A stretch of DNA of 64,000 nucleotides from an uncultured Actinomycetes bacterium. Its GTDB lineage: Bacteria; Actinomycetota; UBA4738; HRBIN12. The DNA lies in contig CAVVVF010000005.1 in NCBI GenBank assembly GCA_963751665.1, forward strand, positions 23,924-87,923, in the 5' to 3' direction. This document shows, piece by piece, positions 45,586-56,381 of this stretch (positions within the stretch are counted from its first letter, which is position 1; each line of letters begins with the position of its first letter). A model generated the notes under the pieces. The model was not told where the DNA came from and made no database searches. It saw only the letters and a program-made list of their open reading frames with translations. A program made the position numbers and the translations under genes.

Positions 45586-46466
45586 CGGGCAGGCTTCCGT
45601 TCGACTCGGTGCAGGATCTGCAAGCGGGGCTTCGTGGGGAGGGCTACCTCGCGGACCGCGGGCTGGCAACGGCGATCTACCTGGCCGTGTCGCTGGACAA
45701 GCCGCTGCTCCTGGAGGGCGAGGCCGGCGTGGGCAAGACCGAGGTGGCCAAGGCGCTCGCGTCGCTCCTGTCCCGTGAGCTGATTCGGCTCCAGTGCTAC
45801 GAGGGGATCGACGCGTCCCAGGCGCTGTACGAGTGGAACTACTCACGCCAGCTGATCGCGGTTCGGGCGATGCAGGACGGGACGGCCGAGACCCACGTGG
45901 AGGACCTGTTCGGGCCGGAGTACCTGGTCGAGCGGCCGCTCCTCGCTGCGATCAGGTCGGGCTCGAAGGCGGTGCTGCTGGTCGACGAGCTCGATCGGGC
46001 CGACGACGAGTTCGAGGCGTTCCTACTGGAGATCCTGTCCGAGTACGCCGTGACCATCCCCGAGATCGGGCGGGTGGCCGCGGACCAACCGCCGGCCGTC
46101 GTCGTGACCTCGAACCGGACCCGCGAGCTGCACGACGCCCTGAAGCGGCGATGCCTGTACCACTGGATCGATCACCCCTCGCTCGAGCGCGAGGTCGAGA
46201 TCGTGCGAACGCGAGCGCCGGGCGTGTCCGAGACCATCGCCCGAGACGTCGCCGGGGCCGTGGCTCGCCTCCGGTCACTCGACGTGGCGAAGCGTCCGGG
46301 GGTGGCGGAGACCATCGATTGGGCGAACGCGCTCGCGTTCCTTGGCGTCGAGCGCCTGGACGAGGGCACGGCCAGGGAGACCCTGGGGGCGGTGCTGAAG
46401 GACCACGAGGACCAGGAGCTGGCCGAGTCGCGCATCGCCGAGGTGGTCGGCGACGTCGACGGCTGA
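45582..46466 (+). CDS. coxD: MoxR AAA+ ATPase (CoxD-like)
   Basis: GEAGVGKT, LQCYEG, DELDRAD, LHDALKRRC. Confidence 0.9.
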   Translation: MTGRLPFDSVQDLQAGLRGEGYLADRGLATAIYLAVSLDKPLLLEGEAGVGKTEVAKALASLLSRELIRLQCYEGIDASQALYEWNYSRQLIAVRAMQDGTAETHVEDLFGPEYLVERPLLAAIRSGSKAVLLVDELDRADDEFEAFLLEILSEYAVTIPEIGRVAADQPPAVVVTSNRTRELHDALKRRCLYHWIDHPSLEREVEIVRTRAPGVSETIARDVAGAVARLRSLDVAKRPGVAETIDWANALAFLGVERLDEGTARETLGAVLKDHEDQELAESRIAEVVGDVDG

Positions 46467-47622
46467 ACCGGGCGGCCTCGAGGGCTTCGATCGCCTGATC
46501 GGGTTCGGGCGCGAGCTTCGCCGCCGCGGCCTTCCCGTCGGCACCGGCCGCATCCTCACGTTCTTCCGGGCGGCGGCGGTGCTCCTGCCGCTTCGACGCG
46601 AGGATCTGTACTGGGCGGCCAGGTCCTCGCTGGTGTCCAGGCCCGAGGATCGCGAGGCCTTCGACCTCGCGTTCGACGAGTACTTCGGGGTGGGAGCCGG
46701 GCTCCCGCCGATCGCCCGCCTGGTTGTGCCGGGGACGCCCGCGACTGCGCGTGAGGCCTCGTCGCCGGGTGAGATGAAGGCCGTGGAGGGCCTGGTCGCG
46801 GCGAGGTGGCGATCCGCCGGCCAGGCCGAGGAGCCCGAGGGGGAGGCCGCGATCCGCATCGTGGCCAGCGCGGCCGAGGTGCTCCGGGAGAAGTCCTTCG
46901 CCGAGCTCTCCGAGGAGGAGCGACGGCGTGTGACCCACCTCATCCGGCGGCTCGCGGTGACGGCGCCGGTGCGGAAGACCCGGCGCCTTCGTCCCTCCCC
47001 GTCGGGGGATCGGTTCGACATGCGCCGAACGCTGCGGCGGTCGCTTCGGACCGAGGGCGAGCCGTTCCACCTGGCCTGGCGGGGCCCCGGCAACCGGAGC
47101 CGGCCGCTCGTCCTGATCCTCGACGTGTCGGGGTCGATGGGGCCCTACTCGCGTGCGCTGATGCAGTTCGCCTTCGCCGCCATGGCGGCGGGCCGGAAGG
47201 TGGAGGTGTTCTGCTTCGGCACCAGGCTCACCCGCGTCACCCGCTCGCTTCGAACGAAGGATCCGGATCGGGCGCTCCGCGAGGTGGGCCGGCTGGTCGC
47301 CGATTGGGAGGGCGGCACGAGGATCGGCCCCTCGATCAAGCAGCTGCTCGATCGGTGGAGCCAGCGCGCGGCCCTCAGGGGCTCGATCGCGGTGATCTGC
47401 TCCGACGGCCTGGAGCGGGGCGAGCCGGAGCTCCTTCGCCAGCAGATGGCCAGGCTTCGCCGGCTGGTCCGCCGCATCGTGTGGGTCAACCCGCTGAAGG
47501 GGAGCCCGCGCTACGAGCCGCTCGCCAGAGGGATGGCCGCGGCGCTTCCCTCGATCGACGTGTTCCTCCCCGGCCACAACCTGGAGAGCCTGGAAGAGCT
47601 GTCGCGCGTCCTCGCCGGCTGA
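46453..47622 (+). CDS. coxE: VWA-domain protein (CoxE-like)
   Basis: GFGRELRRRGLPVG N-terminus, DVSGSM MIDAS, GGTRIG, SDG, VWVNP. The apparent start is ACG. Confidence 0.88.
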   Translation, partial: TSTAEPGGLEGFDRLIGFGRELRRRGLPVGTGRILTFFRAAAVLLPLRREDLYWAARSSLVSRPEDREAFDLAFDEYFGVGAGLPPIARLVVPGTPATAREASSPGEMKAVEGLVAARWRSAGQAEEPEGEAAIRIVASAAEVLREKSFAELSEEERRRVTHLIRRLAVTAPVRKTRRLRPSPSGDRFDMRRTLRRSLRTEGEPFHLAWRGPGNRSRPLVLILDVSGSMGPYSRALMQFAFAAMAAGRKVEVFCFGTRLTRVTRSLRTKDPDRALREVGRLVADWEGGTRIGPSIKQLLDRWSQRAALRGSIAVICSDGLERGEPELLRQQMARLRRLVRRIVWVNPLKGSPRYEPLARGMAAALPSIDVFLPGHNLESLEELSRVLAG

Positions 47623-47626
47623 CGCC

Positions 47627-48141
47627 ATGATTCGACTGCGGGGCATCGGCGAAGGGACAATCGCGGTGACAGGGCCAACCGCTGGGAGGTTGGAGCTCGT
47701 CGGGCTTACGGCGCTCATCGTCGTGTCGCTCGCGCAGGGCGCGACGGCGATCCGCCCGAACCAGGAGGTGATCTCCGAGAGCGCCATCCTGACCGGCCTC
47801 GGAGCCGGCGCGGCGTTCCCGTTCCTCGACACGACCCCGCGGCCCATCGTGAGGGCCCACATCGCGGTGAGCGACGCCACGACGAGCCGCGCAGCCGGGG
47901 CGGCCGCCCCGACGAACGTGCAGGTGCTCGTGGGCCAGGCCGGTGTGGCGCTGGTCAACGTCATGACCGCGGGCACCAACACTGGGATCTCCACCACCCC
48001 GGGCCAGTGCGTCTTCCAGTGACCGTGCGGCCGGGGGTCGGCGGAGTGGCGGAGAAGATCACGGACATCGTCGTCGTAAACGGAGGCGCAGCGCCCCTGA
48101 CCGGCATCAACACCGCCACCGTATCGGCCACGGTGCAGTGA
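47627..48141 (+). CDS. Hypothetical beta-rich protein, frameshifted near 48020
   Basis: The frame continues VTVRPG..TVSATVQ after the shift. Confidence 0.5.
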
Positions 48142-48275
48142 ATCGATCCTCCGAAGACCCAGATGAGGGAAGCGCGCCGGTCTCCACTTCGGAAGGGTTC
48201 GCGCCCGGGATCCGGGCGGCGGCGAATAGAATCGATGGGGTGGGGACGCCGGAGCAGCCCGGGCGGGTTCGCCGC

Positions 48276-49061
48276 ATGGGGCGGCTCACCGAGCCGACCG
48301 AGGAAGGGCTCCTCACCTACGGCGAGTACCTCAAGATCCCCGAGCTCCTCTCGCTCCAGCAACTTCGTTCGGATCCAGCGGTGCACGACGAGCACCTGTT
48401 CATCGTGGTGCACCAGGCCTACGAGCTGTGGTTCACGCAACTCCTGTTCGAGCTGGGATCGATCCGGGAGAGGATGTTCGCGAACGATCCGGAGCGGGCA
48501 CGCCACGAGCTGACGCGGGTCCGCGCCATCGAGCGGGTCTTGATCGAGCACATCGAGGTGCTCCAGACGATGAAGCCGCAGGACTTCCTGGAGTTCCGGT
48601 CCCATCTGGCGCCGGCGTCGGGCTTCCAGTCGGTGCAGTTCCGGGAGATCGAGTTCGTCTCGGGACTGAAGGACGTGCGATACATGGAGGACCTGGCGTC
48701 ATCGCCAGAGGAACGGGCCCGGCTGGAGCGGCGGCTGGAGGAGCCCACGCTGTGGGACGGCTTCCGCTCGCTGCTCGAGGCGAACGGGCTGCCGATGCCC
48801 GCCGACGACGAGGAAGCCCGTCGGAAGAGCCTGCTCCGGGGGGCCACGGAGCCCGCGTTCACCGCGCTGTTCGCCGTCTCCGAGGGACTTCTCGACCACG
48901 ACGAGTCCTTCGCCATCTGGCGGAGCAACCACGTCCTTATGGTCGAGCGGGAGATCGGGGCCAAGCGGGGGACCGGGGGCTCGAGCGGCGTCCCGTACCT
49001 TCGGACGACGCTCGGCAAGCGGTTCTTCCCCGAGCTCTGGGACCTGCGGAGCTACCTGTAG
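48276..49061 (+). CDS. kynA: Tryptophan 2,3-dioxygenase
   Basis: YGEYL, HDEHLFIVVHQAYELWF, ASGFQS, GTGGSSG. Confidence 0.95.
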   Translation: MGRLTEPTEEGLLTYGEYLKIPELLSLQQLRSDPAVHDEHLFIVVHQAYELWFTQLLFELGSIRERMFANDPERARHELTRVRAIERVLIEHIEVLQTMKPQDFLEFRSHLAPASGFQSVQFREIEFVSGLKDVRYMEDLASSPEERARLERRLEEPTLWDGFRSLLEANGLPMPADDEEARRKSLLRGATEPAFTALFAVSEGLLDHDESFAIWRSNHVLMVEREIGAKRGTGGSSGVPYLRTTLGKRFFPELWDLRSYL

Positions 49062-49157
49062 CGCCACTCGCGGGTTGGCGGTCCACCGGGCACCGGGGAT
49101 TGACCGGCCGGGGCCTGGAGGAGTACACCGCTCCTACACTCGGAAGGGAGGTGGTCC

Positions 49158-49541
49158 ATGGCCAAGGACCTCACGGTATCCCTGGAGGACCGGCCGGGGA
49201 CGCTGGCGGACTTCGGTGAGGCGCTGGGCAAGGCCGGCGTCAACATCGAGGGGATCTGCGGGCTCGGCGTTGAGGGCCGCGGCATCATCCACGTCCTGGT
49301 GGAGGATGCTGCGGCGGCCCGGAAGGCCCTCGAGGCGGCAGGGATCAAGGTCGAGGGTGAGGCCGATCCGATGGTCGCCGAGGTGGCTGGGGGCGCGGAC
49401 AAGCCCGGAGAGCTCGGCAAGATGGCACGGGCGATCGCGAACGCCGGGGTCAACATCCAGGCCATGTACATGGCGACCCATGACCGTGGCGTCATCGTGA
49501 CGACCGACAACGCCAAGGCCCGCAAGGCGCTCGGGATGTAG
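49158..49541 (+). CDS. Tandem ACT-domain protein
   Basis: LEDRPGTLA..AGVNI and DKPGELG..AGVNI. Confidence 0.9.
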   Translation: MAKDLTVSLEDRPGTLADFGEALGKAGVNIEGICGLGVEGRGIIHVLVEDAAAARKALEAAGIKVEGEADPMVAEVAGGADKPGELGKMARAIANAGVNIQAMYMATHDRGVIVTTDNAKARKALGM

Positions 49542-49565
49542 CGATCGCGTCCGGCCGGACGTACT

Positions 49566-49593
49566 GGAGGCGGCTCCTTCGGGAGCCGCCTCC
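49566..49593. terminator. Hairpin between convergent genes
   Basis: GGAGGCGGCTCC-TTCG-GGAGCCGCCTCC, perfect 12-bp stem with a UUCG loop. Confidence 0.78.
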
Positions 49594-49595
49594 GC

Positions 49596-50930
49596 CTATT
49601 CGGGGGTCGATCCGCGGCCGGCCGCGTTTGCGTCCGTGTACGCGTACGCGCGATCGAGCAGCTCCACCGGGTGCAGTACCTCGAGCCGCCGGCCTGCGTT
49701 CCGCAGGCCGGCGGCGATCTGCATGGTGCAGCCCGGGTTCGCCGACGCGACGATCGTCGCGTCGGTCGCGGCGATCGAGGCCGCCTTCTGCTCCATCAGC
49801 CGGTCGGACATCTCCGGCTCGAGCACGTTGTACAGGCCTGCCGCGCCGCAGCACCGGTCGCCATCGGAGATCTCGACGATCTCGACGCCGGGGATCCCTC
49901 GGAGCACCGCGCGGGGCTGCTCCCGGATCCGCTGGGCCCGGAGCGCGTGACAGGCGTCGTGGTAGGCGACCCGGACCGGGTCTTCGCCCGCCGGTCCATC
50001 GACCGGCGGCTCGACGCCCTGTTCGTCGAGGAACTCCATCAGGTCGCGGACCCGCGCCGAGAAGGCCGCGGCCTCCTCGCCGCCCAGCAGGTCGCCGTAG
50101 TCCTTCAGGTGCGCGCCGCACCCGGCTGCGGCGACCACCACCCAGTCGGCGTCCTGAAATGCGGCGAGGTTCCGCCGGGCCAGCTTCCTCGACGTCTTCA
50201 GCCGTCCGTTGTGCGCCTGGAGCGCGCCGCAGCACACCTGGCGGCGAGGGGCGATCACCCGCCAGCCGTTCCGCGCGAGAACCCGGACGGTGGCCCGATT
50301 CGCGGAGCGGTACCACTGGTCCTGGACGCAGCCCGTGAGGATGGCGACGGTCCCCTTCGCCGATCCCTCCGGCTCCACGGCCCTCGGCACGCGGCGGCCT
50401 GGCGAGCCCCGAGGCACCAGGGTGCGCATGCGCTTGCGCAGGAAAGGGCGCGCGAGCGGCATGAGCCTCCTGGCGAGCGAGAGCATCCATCGCCGCCTGA
50501 GGGCCACGCTCAGGCCGAGCCACCGGACGAACCGGGCCCGGCGAGTTCGGAGCGGCTCGATCTGCACTCTGGCTCGCTCCATCATCCGGCCGAACGGGAC
50601 GTGCGACGGGCACACGTCCTCGCAGGCCCGGCATTCCAGACACAGGTCCATGAACCGGGCGAACGTCGAATCGACGTTCGCCCGACCGTCGGCCACGGCC
50701 CGCATCGCCGCGATCCGGCCGCGAGGCGATGCCGACTCCTCGCCGGTCAGCCGGTAGGTCGGGCAGTGCGGAAGGCACAGCCCACAGGCCACGCAGGTGG
50801 CCAGGTCGTCGTCGGATGGGGCGTCGCCCGGCCGCCAGTTCGCCGCCAGGCCCACCGGGCCGATGAACCTGGTCCCCTCCGGCATGACGGATCCGAGGGG
50901 AGGCACACCCCGCTCCTCGAGGTCCGCCAC
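49596..50930 (-). CDS. glcF: Glycolate oxidase iron-sulfur subunit
   Basis: CVACGLCLPHCP, CLECRACEDVCP, two CCG domains. Confidence 0.9.
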   Translation of the reverse strand: MADLEERGVPPLGSVMPEGTRFIGPVGLAANWRPGDAPSDDDLATCVACGLCLPHCPTYRLTGEESASPRGRIAAMRAVADGRANVDSTFARFMDLCLECRACEDVCPSHVPFGRMMERARVQIEPLRTRRARFVRWLGLSVALRRRWMLSLARRLMPLARPFLRKRMRTLVPRGSPGRRVPRAVEPEGSAKGTVAILTGCVQDQWYRSANRATVRVLARNGWRVIAPRRQVCCGALQAHNGRLKTSRKLARRNLAAFQDADWVVVAAAGCGAHLKDYGDLLGGEEAAAFSARVRDLMEFLDEQGVEPPVDGPAGEDPVRVAYHDACHALRAQRIREQPRAVLRGIPGVEIVEISDGDRCCGAAGLYNVLEPEMSDRLMEQKAASIAATDATIVASANPGCTMQIAAGLRNAGRRLEVLHPVELLDRAYAYTDANAAGRGSTPE

Positions 50931-50931
50931 G

Positions 50932-52013
50932 TCAGATCCCTCCCCAGAACCGGCCTGGCGCAAGGACCCCCGCCGGGTCGAAGGCCGCCTTCAGCCGGCG
51001 GTGGACGTCCAGGCCGGGCGGAACGTCGGGCCCCAGCCCTCCGGGTCCCCTGACCACCGGCGCGATCCCGCCGAGCGCTCGAGCCCTGGCCCGAAGGGCG
51101 TCCAGCTCACCGTCGGACGAGGGGAGCCCGACCCACGCGATCCCCACGCCGAGCAGCGCGCCCCACGATCCGAGGTGGGGACCGAGGAGATCGGGGAACG
51201 GCGGGGATAGCAGCTCCGGCAGGCGAGAGGGCGGCACGGCGGCCTCGGCGACCACCGGCGCTCGCCTCCCAGGGGCGTTCGGAAGGGAACGCTTCCTCGT
51301 CCGTCACGACGCTGACCGGCGCCGACCCGGTCCGTGGCCTCGATCTGGCGTTCCACCTCCTCCGGCCATCCCTCCAGGCGAAGCTCCACCACCTCCGGGG
51401 TTGCCAGGACGGCGGCCGGGTTCGGCACCGCGTCGAGCAGCCGCCGGCCAACCTCCAGCCCTCCGGCGACCCGGACGGTTCGCCGGGCCTGCGGACGGGG
51501 CCGGACCTTCAGCCGCGACCTGCACGATCACGCCGAGGGTCCCGAGCGAGCCGGTCATCAGCTTGTGGACGTCGTACCCGGTCACGCTCTTCACCGTCCG
51601 GGCGCCGCTCTTCACCAGCCGGCCGTCGCCGGTCGACGACCTCCATCTCGACAACGGTGTCGCGGATCGGCCCGACCCGCAGGCGCCTCGGCGAGTTGGC
51701 CGCCGCCGCGATCACGCCACCCACCGTGGCCCGCGGCGGCGCGTCGCACGGCCACTCCTGGCCTCCCTCGGCCAGGATGCGGTCGAGGTCGCCGACCCGC
51801 ATCCCGGCCTCGACCACCGCGATCATCTCGGCCGGCTCGTAGGCCACGAGCGCGTCGAGCTGGGTCGTCCACAGCTCGGCGTCGACCTCGCACGGGTTCG
51901 CCCTTGTCGACGTGGGTCCGCCCGCCCACCACCAGCACCCGGCGGCGCTCGGCGGTCGCCTCGCGCATCGCCTGGACCACGTCCAGCTTGTCCATCGGGT
52001 GGATCAGATCCAC
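50932..52013 (-). CDS. glcE: Glycolate oxidase FAD subunit GlcE, multiple frameshifts
   Basis: YEPAEM, ATVGG, VKSVTGYD..GSLGTLG, LKAAFDPAG, spread over several frames. Confidence 0.78.
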
Positions 52014-53478
52014 GATCCCTCCGGGATGCTCTGGGCGGCCTGCGGCCGCATCCGTTCCTCGGGCCATGGCGAAGTCGCCGCAGCGCGCGCCGGCCGGCAG
52101 CACCTTCTGCGGGTTCATCCGGCCCTCGGGGTCGAAGGCGCGCGCGGACGCAGGCCTGCGCGCCGAGGTCGACGTCGGAGAACACGAGCGGCATGAAGTC
52201 GCGCTTCTCCAGGCCGATGCCGTGCTCGCCGGTGAGGGACCCGCCGGACTCCACGCACAGGCGCGACGATCTCCTCGCTGGCCGCGAGCACCCGCTCGAG
52301 CGTGCCCGGGGATCCGCCGGTCGAACGAGAGCAGCGGGTGCAGGTTGCCGTCGCCGGCGTGGAAGACGTTCATCACGATGAGGTCGTGCCGGCTCGCGAT
52401 CTCGTAGACGCCGGCCAGCACCTCGACGAGCTTCGAGCGCGGCACGACGCAGTCGTGCAGGTAGTAGTGGGGCGCGATCTGGGCGACGGCGCCGAACGCG
52501 CTCTTGCGTCCCTTCCACAGCAGGGCCCGCTCGGCGTCGTCGCTGGCCACGCGGATCGTGCGCGACGCCGTGCTCGCGGGCGGCGCCCTCCACCGCGCGG
52601 GACTGTGCGTCCACGGCCTCGGGGAGCCCGTCGACCTCCACGAGCAGGACCGCGGCGGCGTCGGTCGGGTAGCCGGCGTGGGCGAAGTTCTCGGCGGCCA
52701 CGATGATGCCGCTGGTCCATCATCTCCACGGCGGCCGGGCACGACGCCGCCGGCGATGATGGCGGACACGGTTGCGGCGCAGTCCTTCGACAGTGTCGAA
52801 GTCGAGCAGCATGGTGCGCACGGCGGGCGGGAGCGGCGTGAGGCGAACGCACGCTCGCGGCGACGATGCCGAGCGTCCCCTCGGAGCCGACGACGAAGCC
52901 TCGCAGGTCGTAGCCGGGCGCCTCGGGCGCCTCGGAGCCGAACCGCTCCACCTCGCCGTCCGGGCAGGACCACGTCCACGGCGAGCACGTGGCTCGACGT
53001 GACGCCGTACGCCAGGCAGTGCGGGCCGCCGGCGTTCGTGTTGACGTTGCCCCCGATCGAGCAGGTCTGCTGGCGACGAGGGGTCGGGGGCGTAGGTGAA
53101 CCCGAGGGGCGCAAGCGCGTTCGACAGGTCGAGGTTGAGGACGCCCGGCTCCACCCACGCCAGGCGATCCTCCGGCCGGACCTCGAGGATCCGGTCCATC
53201 TTCGACGTGACCACGACCAGCGCGTCGCCGATCGGCGTGGACCCGCCGGCCAGGCCGGTGCCGGAGCCGCGCGGCACGACCGGCAGGCCGTGCCGCGCGG
53301 CCACCCGCATGCACGTGACCACGTCCTCGACCGTGTGGGGGAAGGCGACGAGGGCGCATCCGCCCTCGACCATCGAAGCGTCCCGCGCGTACAGGGTCAG
53401 GGCGAGCGGATCGGACAGGACCTCGGATGCTCCGAGGGCTTCCTCCAGCTCGCGGCGGGCCGCATCGACATCGGCCAT
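52004..53478 (-). CDS. glcD: Glycolate oxidase subunit GlcD, multiple frameshifts
   Basis: PRGSGTGLAGG, APDPSS, NAGGPHCLAYG, GSEGTLG, HAGDGNLHP, GEHGIG, spread over several frames. Confidence 0.85.
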
Positions 53479-53528
53479 GGCGATGCGAACAGGCTAGCGC
53501 GTGAGGAACGCCGATGTGGCTCGGTCGG

Positions 53529-53873
53529 TCAGGCGACCCGGCCGGGTTGCCCCTCGGGCGTGGTGAAGGGCAGGCCCTGGCGCTCCCACTCCTCCATCCC
53601 GCCCTCCAGGTTGAAGGCCTGGAACCCCCTGGCCTGGAGCATGAGCGCGGCAAGCTCGCTCCGGTTGCCGGAGCGGCAGACGACGACGACGGGCTTGGCG
53701 GGATCCAGGTCGGCGGTCTCGCCCGCCATGATCGTGTTGAGCGGGATGTGGACGGCGCCCTCGACCCGTCCCGCGTTCCACTCGTAGGGCTCGCGACAGT
53801 CCACGAGCTGGATCTCGGCCAGCCGTTCGTACGCGCCCCTCGGGGTGGTCAGGTCCGTCCTCACGTCGCTCAT
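53529..53873 (-). CDS. Rhodanese-domain protein
   Basis: [21 protein letters not shown]. Confidence 0.9.
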   Translation of the reverse strand: MSDVRTDLTTPRGAYERLAEIQLVDCREPYEWNAGRVEGAVHIPLNTIMAGETADLDPAKPVVVVCRSGNRSELAALMLQARGFQAFNLEGGMEEWERQGLPFTTPEGQPGRVA

Positions 53874-53921
53874 GCAGGTGCGAAATGCTATCAGCGTGGT
53901 CACCGACGGGGCCGCCCGGCC

Positions 53922-54442
53922 TCAGGAGGCCTCGGCCAGCGCCCGCTGGAAGGCTCGAAGGGCATCCGCGCCGAACAGGACGAACCGGACCTCCTCGACC
54001 TCGTGTCTCCGCCTCCCTCACCGCGCGAACGGCGACGGGTGCGGCGAGCTCGAGCGGGTAGCCGTAGACGCCGGTGGAGATGGCCGGGAACGCGACCGAG
54101 CTCGCCCCCAGCTCGTCGGCGACCCGGAGGGCCTCGGTGTGGCAGCTCGCCAGCAGGGCCGAGCGGTCCTCGGACCGGAGAAGACCGGGCCCACGGTATG
54201 GATCACCCAGCTGCGCCGGGAGGTCGCCCGCGGTGGTGGCCACCGCCTCTGCCGGTGGGGAGCCCGTCCGGGTAGTTCGTCCGGCGGAGGTCCCGGCACT
54301 CCTCCAGGATGGCCCGCCCGCCCTTGCGGTGGATGGCGCCGTCGACGCCGCCGCCCCCCAGGAGCGAGGAGTTCGCGGCGTTCACGACGGCGTCGACGCG
54401 CTCGTCGGTGATGTCGCCTTGGACGAGCTCGATCCTGGGCAT
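53922..54442 (-). CDS. Macro-domain O-acetyl-ADP-ribose deacetylase, frameshifted
   Basis: [36 protein letters not shown]. Confidence 0.88.
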
Positions 54443-54505
54443 TGCGAGCGATCGTAGCCGCCCGGCCGGCGTCATCCGCTGGGGGGTTGCCGCTAGGCTA
54501 GCCGC

Positions 54506-55436
54506 GTGGCTGCGCGGTTCGATCTGCTGGTCCTGGGCGATACGAACCCCGACCTCATCGTGCGCGGTGACGTGACGCCGGAGTTCGGCCAGGCCGAGAA
54601 GCTCGTCGATCAGGCCAACCTGGTGATCGGGGGATCAGGTGCGATCGCCGCGTGCGGAGCCGCACGCCTGGGACTGCGCGTTGCCTTCGCCGGCGTCGTC
54701 GGGGAGGACGTGTTCGGCCGGTTCATGCTGGACGCTCTGACGGAGCGCGGTGTGGACACGAGCGGGATGTTGGTTGACCCGAGCCGGCCAACGGGCCTTT
54801 CGATCGTGCTGTCGAAGGGCGAGGACCGGGCAACGCTCAGCGCGCTGGGCACGATTGCCGACCTCCGGGAAGGGATCGTCGACCCCGCTCTGCTTCACAG
54901 CGCCCGCCACGTCCACGTGTCGTCCTACTTCCTGCAGGCTGGTCTGGCCCCGACCTTCCGCGCTGTTCCGGGAGGCACACGGGGCCGGGGCCAGCACGTC
55001 GATCGATCCCAACTGGGATCCGGCGGAGGAGTGGAACGGCGGTTTGCTGTCGCTGCTGTCGCGGACCGATTGCTTCCTCCCCAACTCGGTGGAGGCCCGG
55101 GCCATCACCGGCGTGGACGACATCGACGTCGCGGCGCTCACACTGGCCGAGCGGGGCTCGGTCGTGGCGGTGAAGTTCGGGCAGGGCGGTGGCCTGGCCT
55201 TGTGGGGCGACGAGGTCGTCCGCTCCGAGTCCATCCCTGCCGACGTCGTCGACACGACCGGCGCCGGTGACAGCTTCGACGCCGGGTTCCTGGCAGGGCG
55301 GCTGGCCGGCCTCCCCTTGTCCCGATGCCTCCAGCTCGCCGTGGCGTGCGGCTCGCTCTCGACGCGAGCCGCCGGCGGCACGGCCGCCCAGCCAACGATG
55401 GACGAGGCGGTGGCAGCCCTGGAGTCGGTGGCGTGA
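54506..55436 (+). CDS. PfkB-family carbohydrate kinase, frameshifted near 54950
   Basis: [25 protein letters not shown]. Confidence 0.88.
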
Positions 55437-56377
55437 TCCTCTGCGTCGCCGCAAGCCCATCCGTCGACAAGCTCTTCGAGGTCGAGCGGGTCGAGATCGG
55501 CGCCATCCATCGTCCCAACGGGTTCGTCCAGGTCCCCGGGGGCAAGGGGTTGAACGTCGCTCGGTCGGCGCACGCGTTGGGGGCGGAGGTGACCGCGACC
55601 GGTGTCCTGGCCGGGCACGCGGGACGGTGGATCGAGGAGGCCCTTGCCGCGGAAGGGGTCCGGGGGCAGTTCGCCTGGGTGGACGGCGAGACCCGGGCCT
55701 CGCTCTCCGTGGCCGACCGGACAGGCCGGGGCCTGACCGAGTTCTACGAACGTGGATGGGACATCGGTGCCGTGGGGTGGGAGCAGCTCGAGCGGATCGT
55801 TCGGGAGCTCTTGCCTTCCTCGGGCTGGATGACCCTTTCGGGAAACCTGCCGGTCGGCGCCCCCGACGACGGCTACGCCCGGCTGGTGGCCATGGCTCGT
55901 GAGGCGGGCGTCCCGGTGGCGCTCGACGCGCGGGATGAGGCGCTGCTGCTCGGGGTCTCGGCTGGGCCGCAGGTGGTGAAGGTGAATACGGAGGAAGCCG
56001 GGGGACTCCTCGGGACGAAGGTGGAGACGCTTGAGGACGTGAGGGCAGCAGCCGAGGAGATCCGGTGGCGGATGGACGGCGATGGACGGGCGGCCATCGT
56101 GACCCGCGGCGCCGAAGGAGCCGTCGTGGTGACCCCGGACGGCGCGGTGCTTCGGGCTCGGCTGTACGAGCGCGGTCCCTACCCGGTGGCGAGCGGCGAC
56201 GCCTTCCTGGGCGGGTTGGTCACGGCGCTCGATCGCCGTGCCATGTGGGCCGACGCGCTCGCGCTGGCCCTGGGGGCGGCCGCGGCGAACGCGGAGATGC
56301 CTGGGGCCGGGCGGCTGGATCTGGAGCGTGCCCTCGAGCTCTCGAAGCTATCCGAGGTCCTTCCGCTCGGAGGGTGA
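55433..56377 (+). CDS. 1-phosphofructokinase/tagatose-6-phosphate kinase-family hexose kinase
   Basis: SPSVDK, PGGKGLNVA, GETR, VASGDAF. Confidence 0.88.
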   Translation: MILCVAASPSVDKLFEVERVEIGAIHRPNGFVQVPGGKGLNVARSAHALGAEVTATGVLAGHAGRWIEEALAAEGVRGQFAWVDGETRASLSVADRTGRGLTEFYERGWDIGAVGWEQLERIVRELLPSSGWMTLSGNLPVGAPDDGYARLVAMAREAGVPVALDARDEALLLGVSAGPQVVKVNTEEAGGLLGTKVETLEDVRAAAEEIRWRMDGDGRAAIVTRGAEGAVVVTPDGAVLRARLYERGPYPVASGDAFLGGLVTALDRRAMWADALALALGAAAANAEMPGAGRLDLERALELSKLSEVLPLGG

Positions 56378-56381
56378 CTGG

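Noticed and set aside
53922-54442. Macro domain as the eraser or antitoxin for the putative ART-like protein at 561-1118
   Set aside because: 53 kb apart, and it is an ordinary YmdB-like gene. No linkage evidence.
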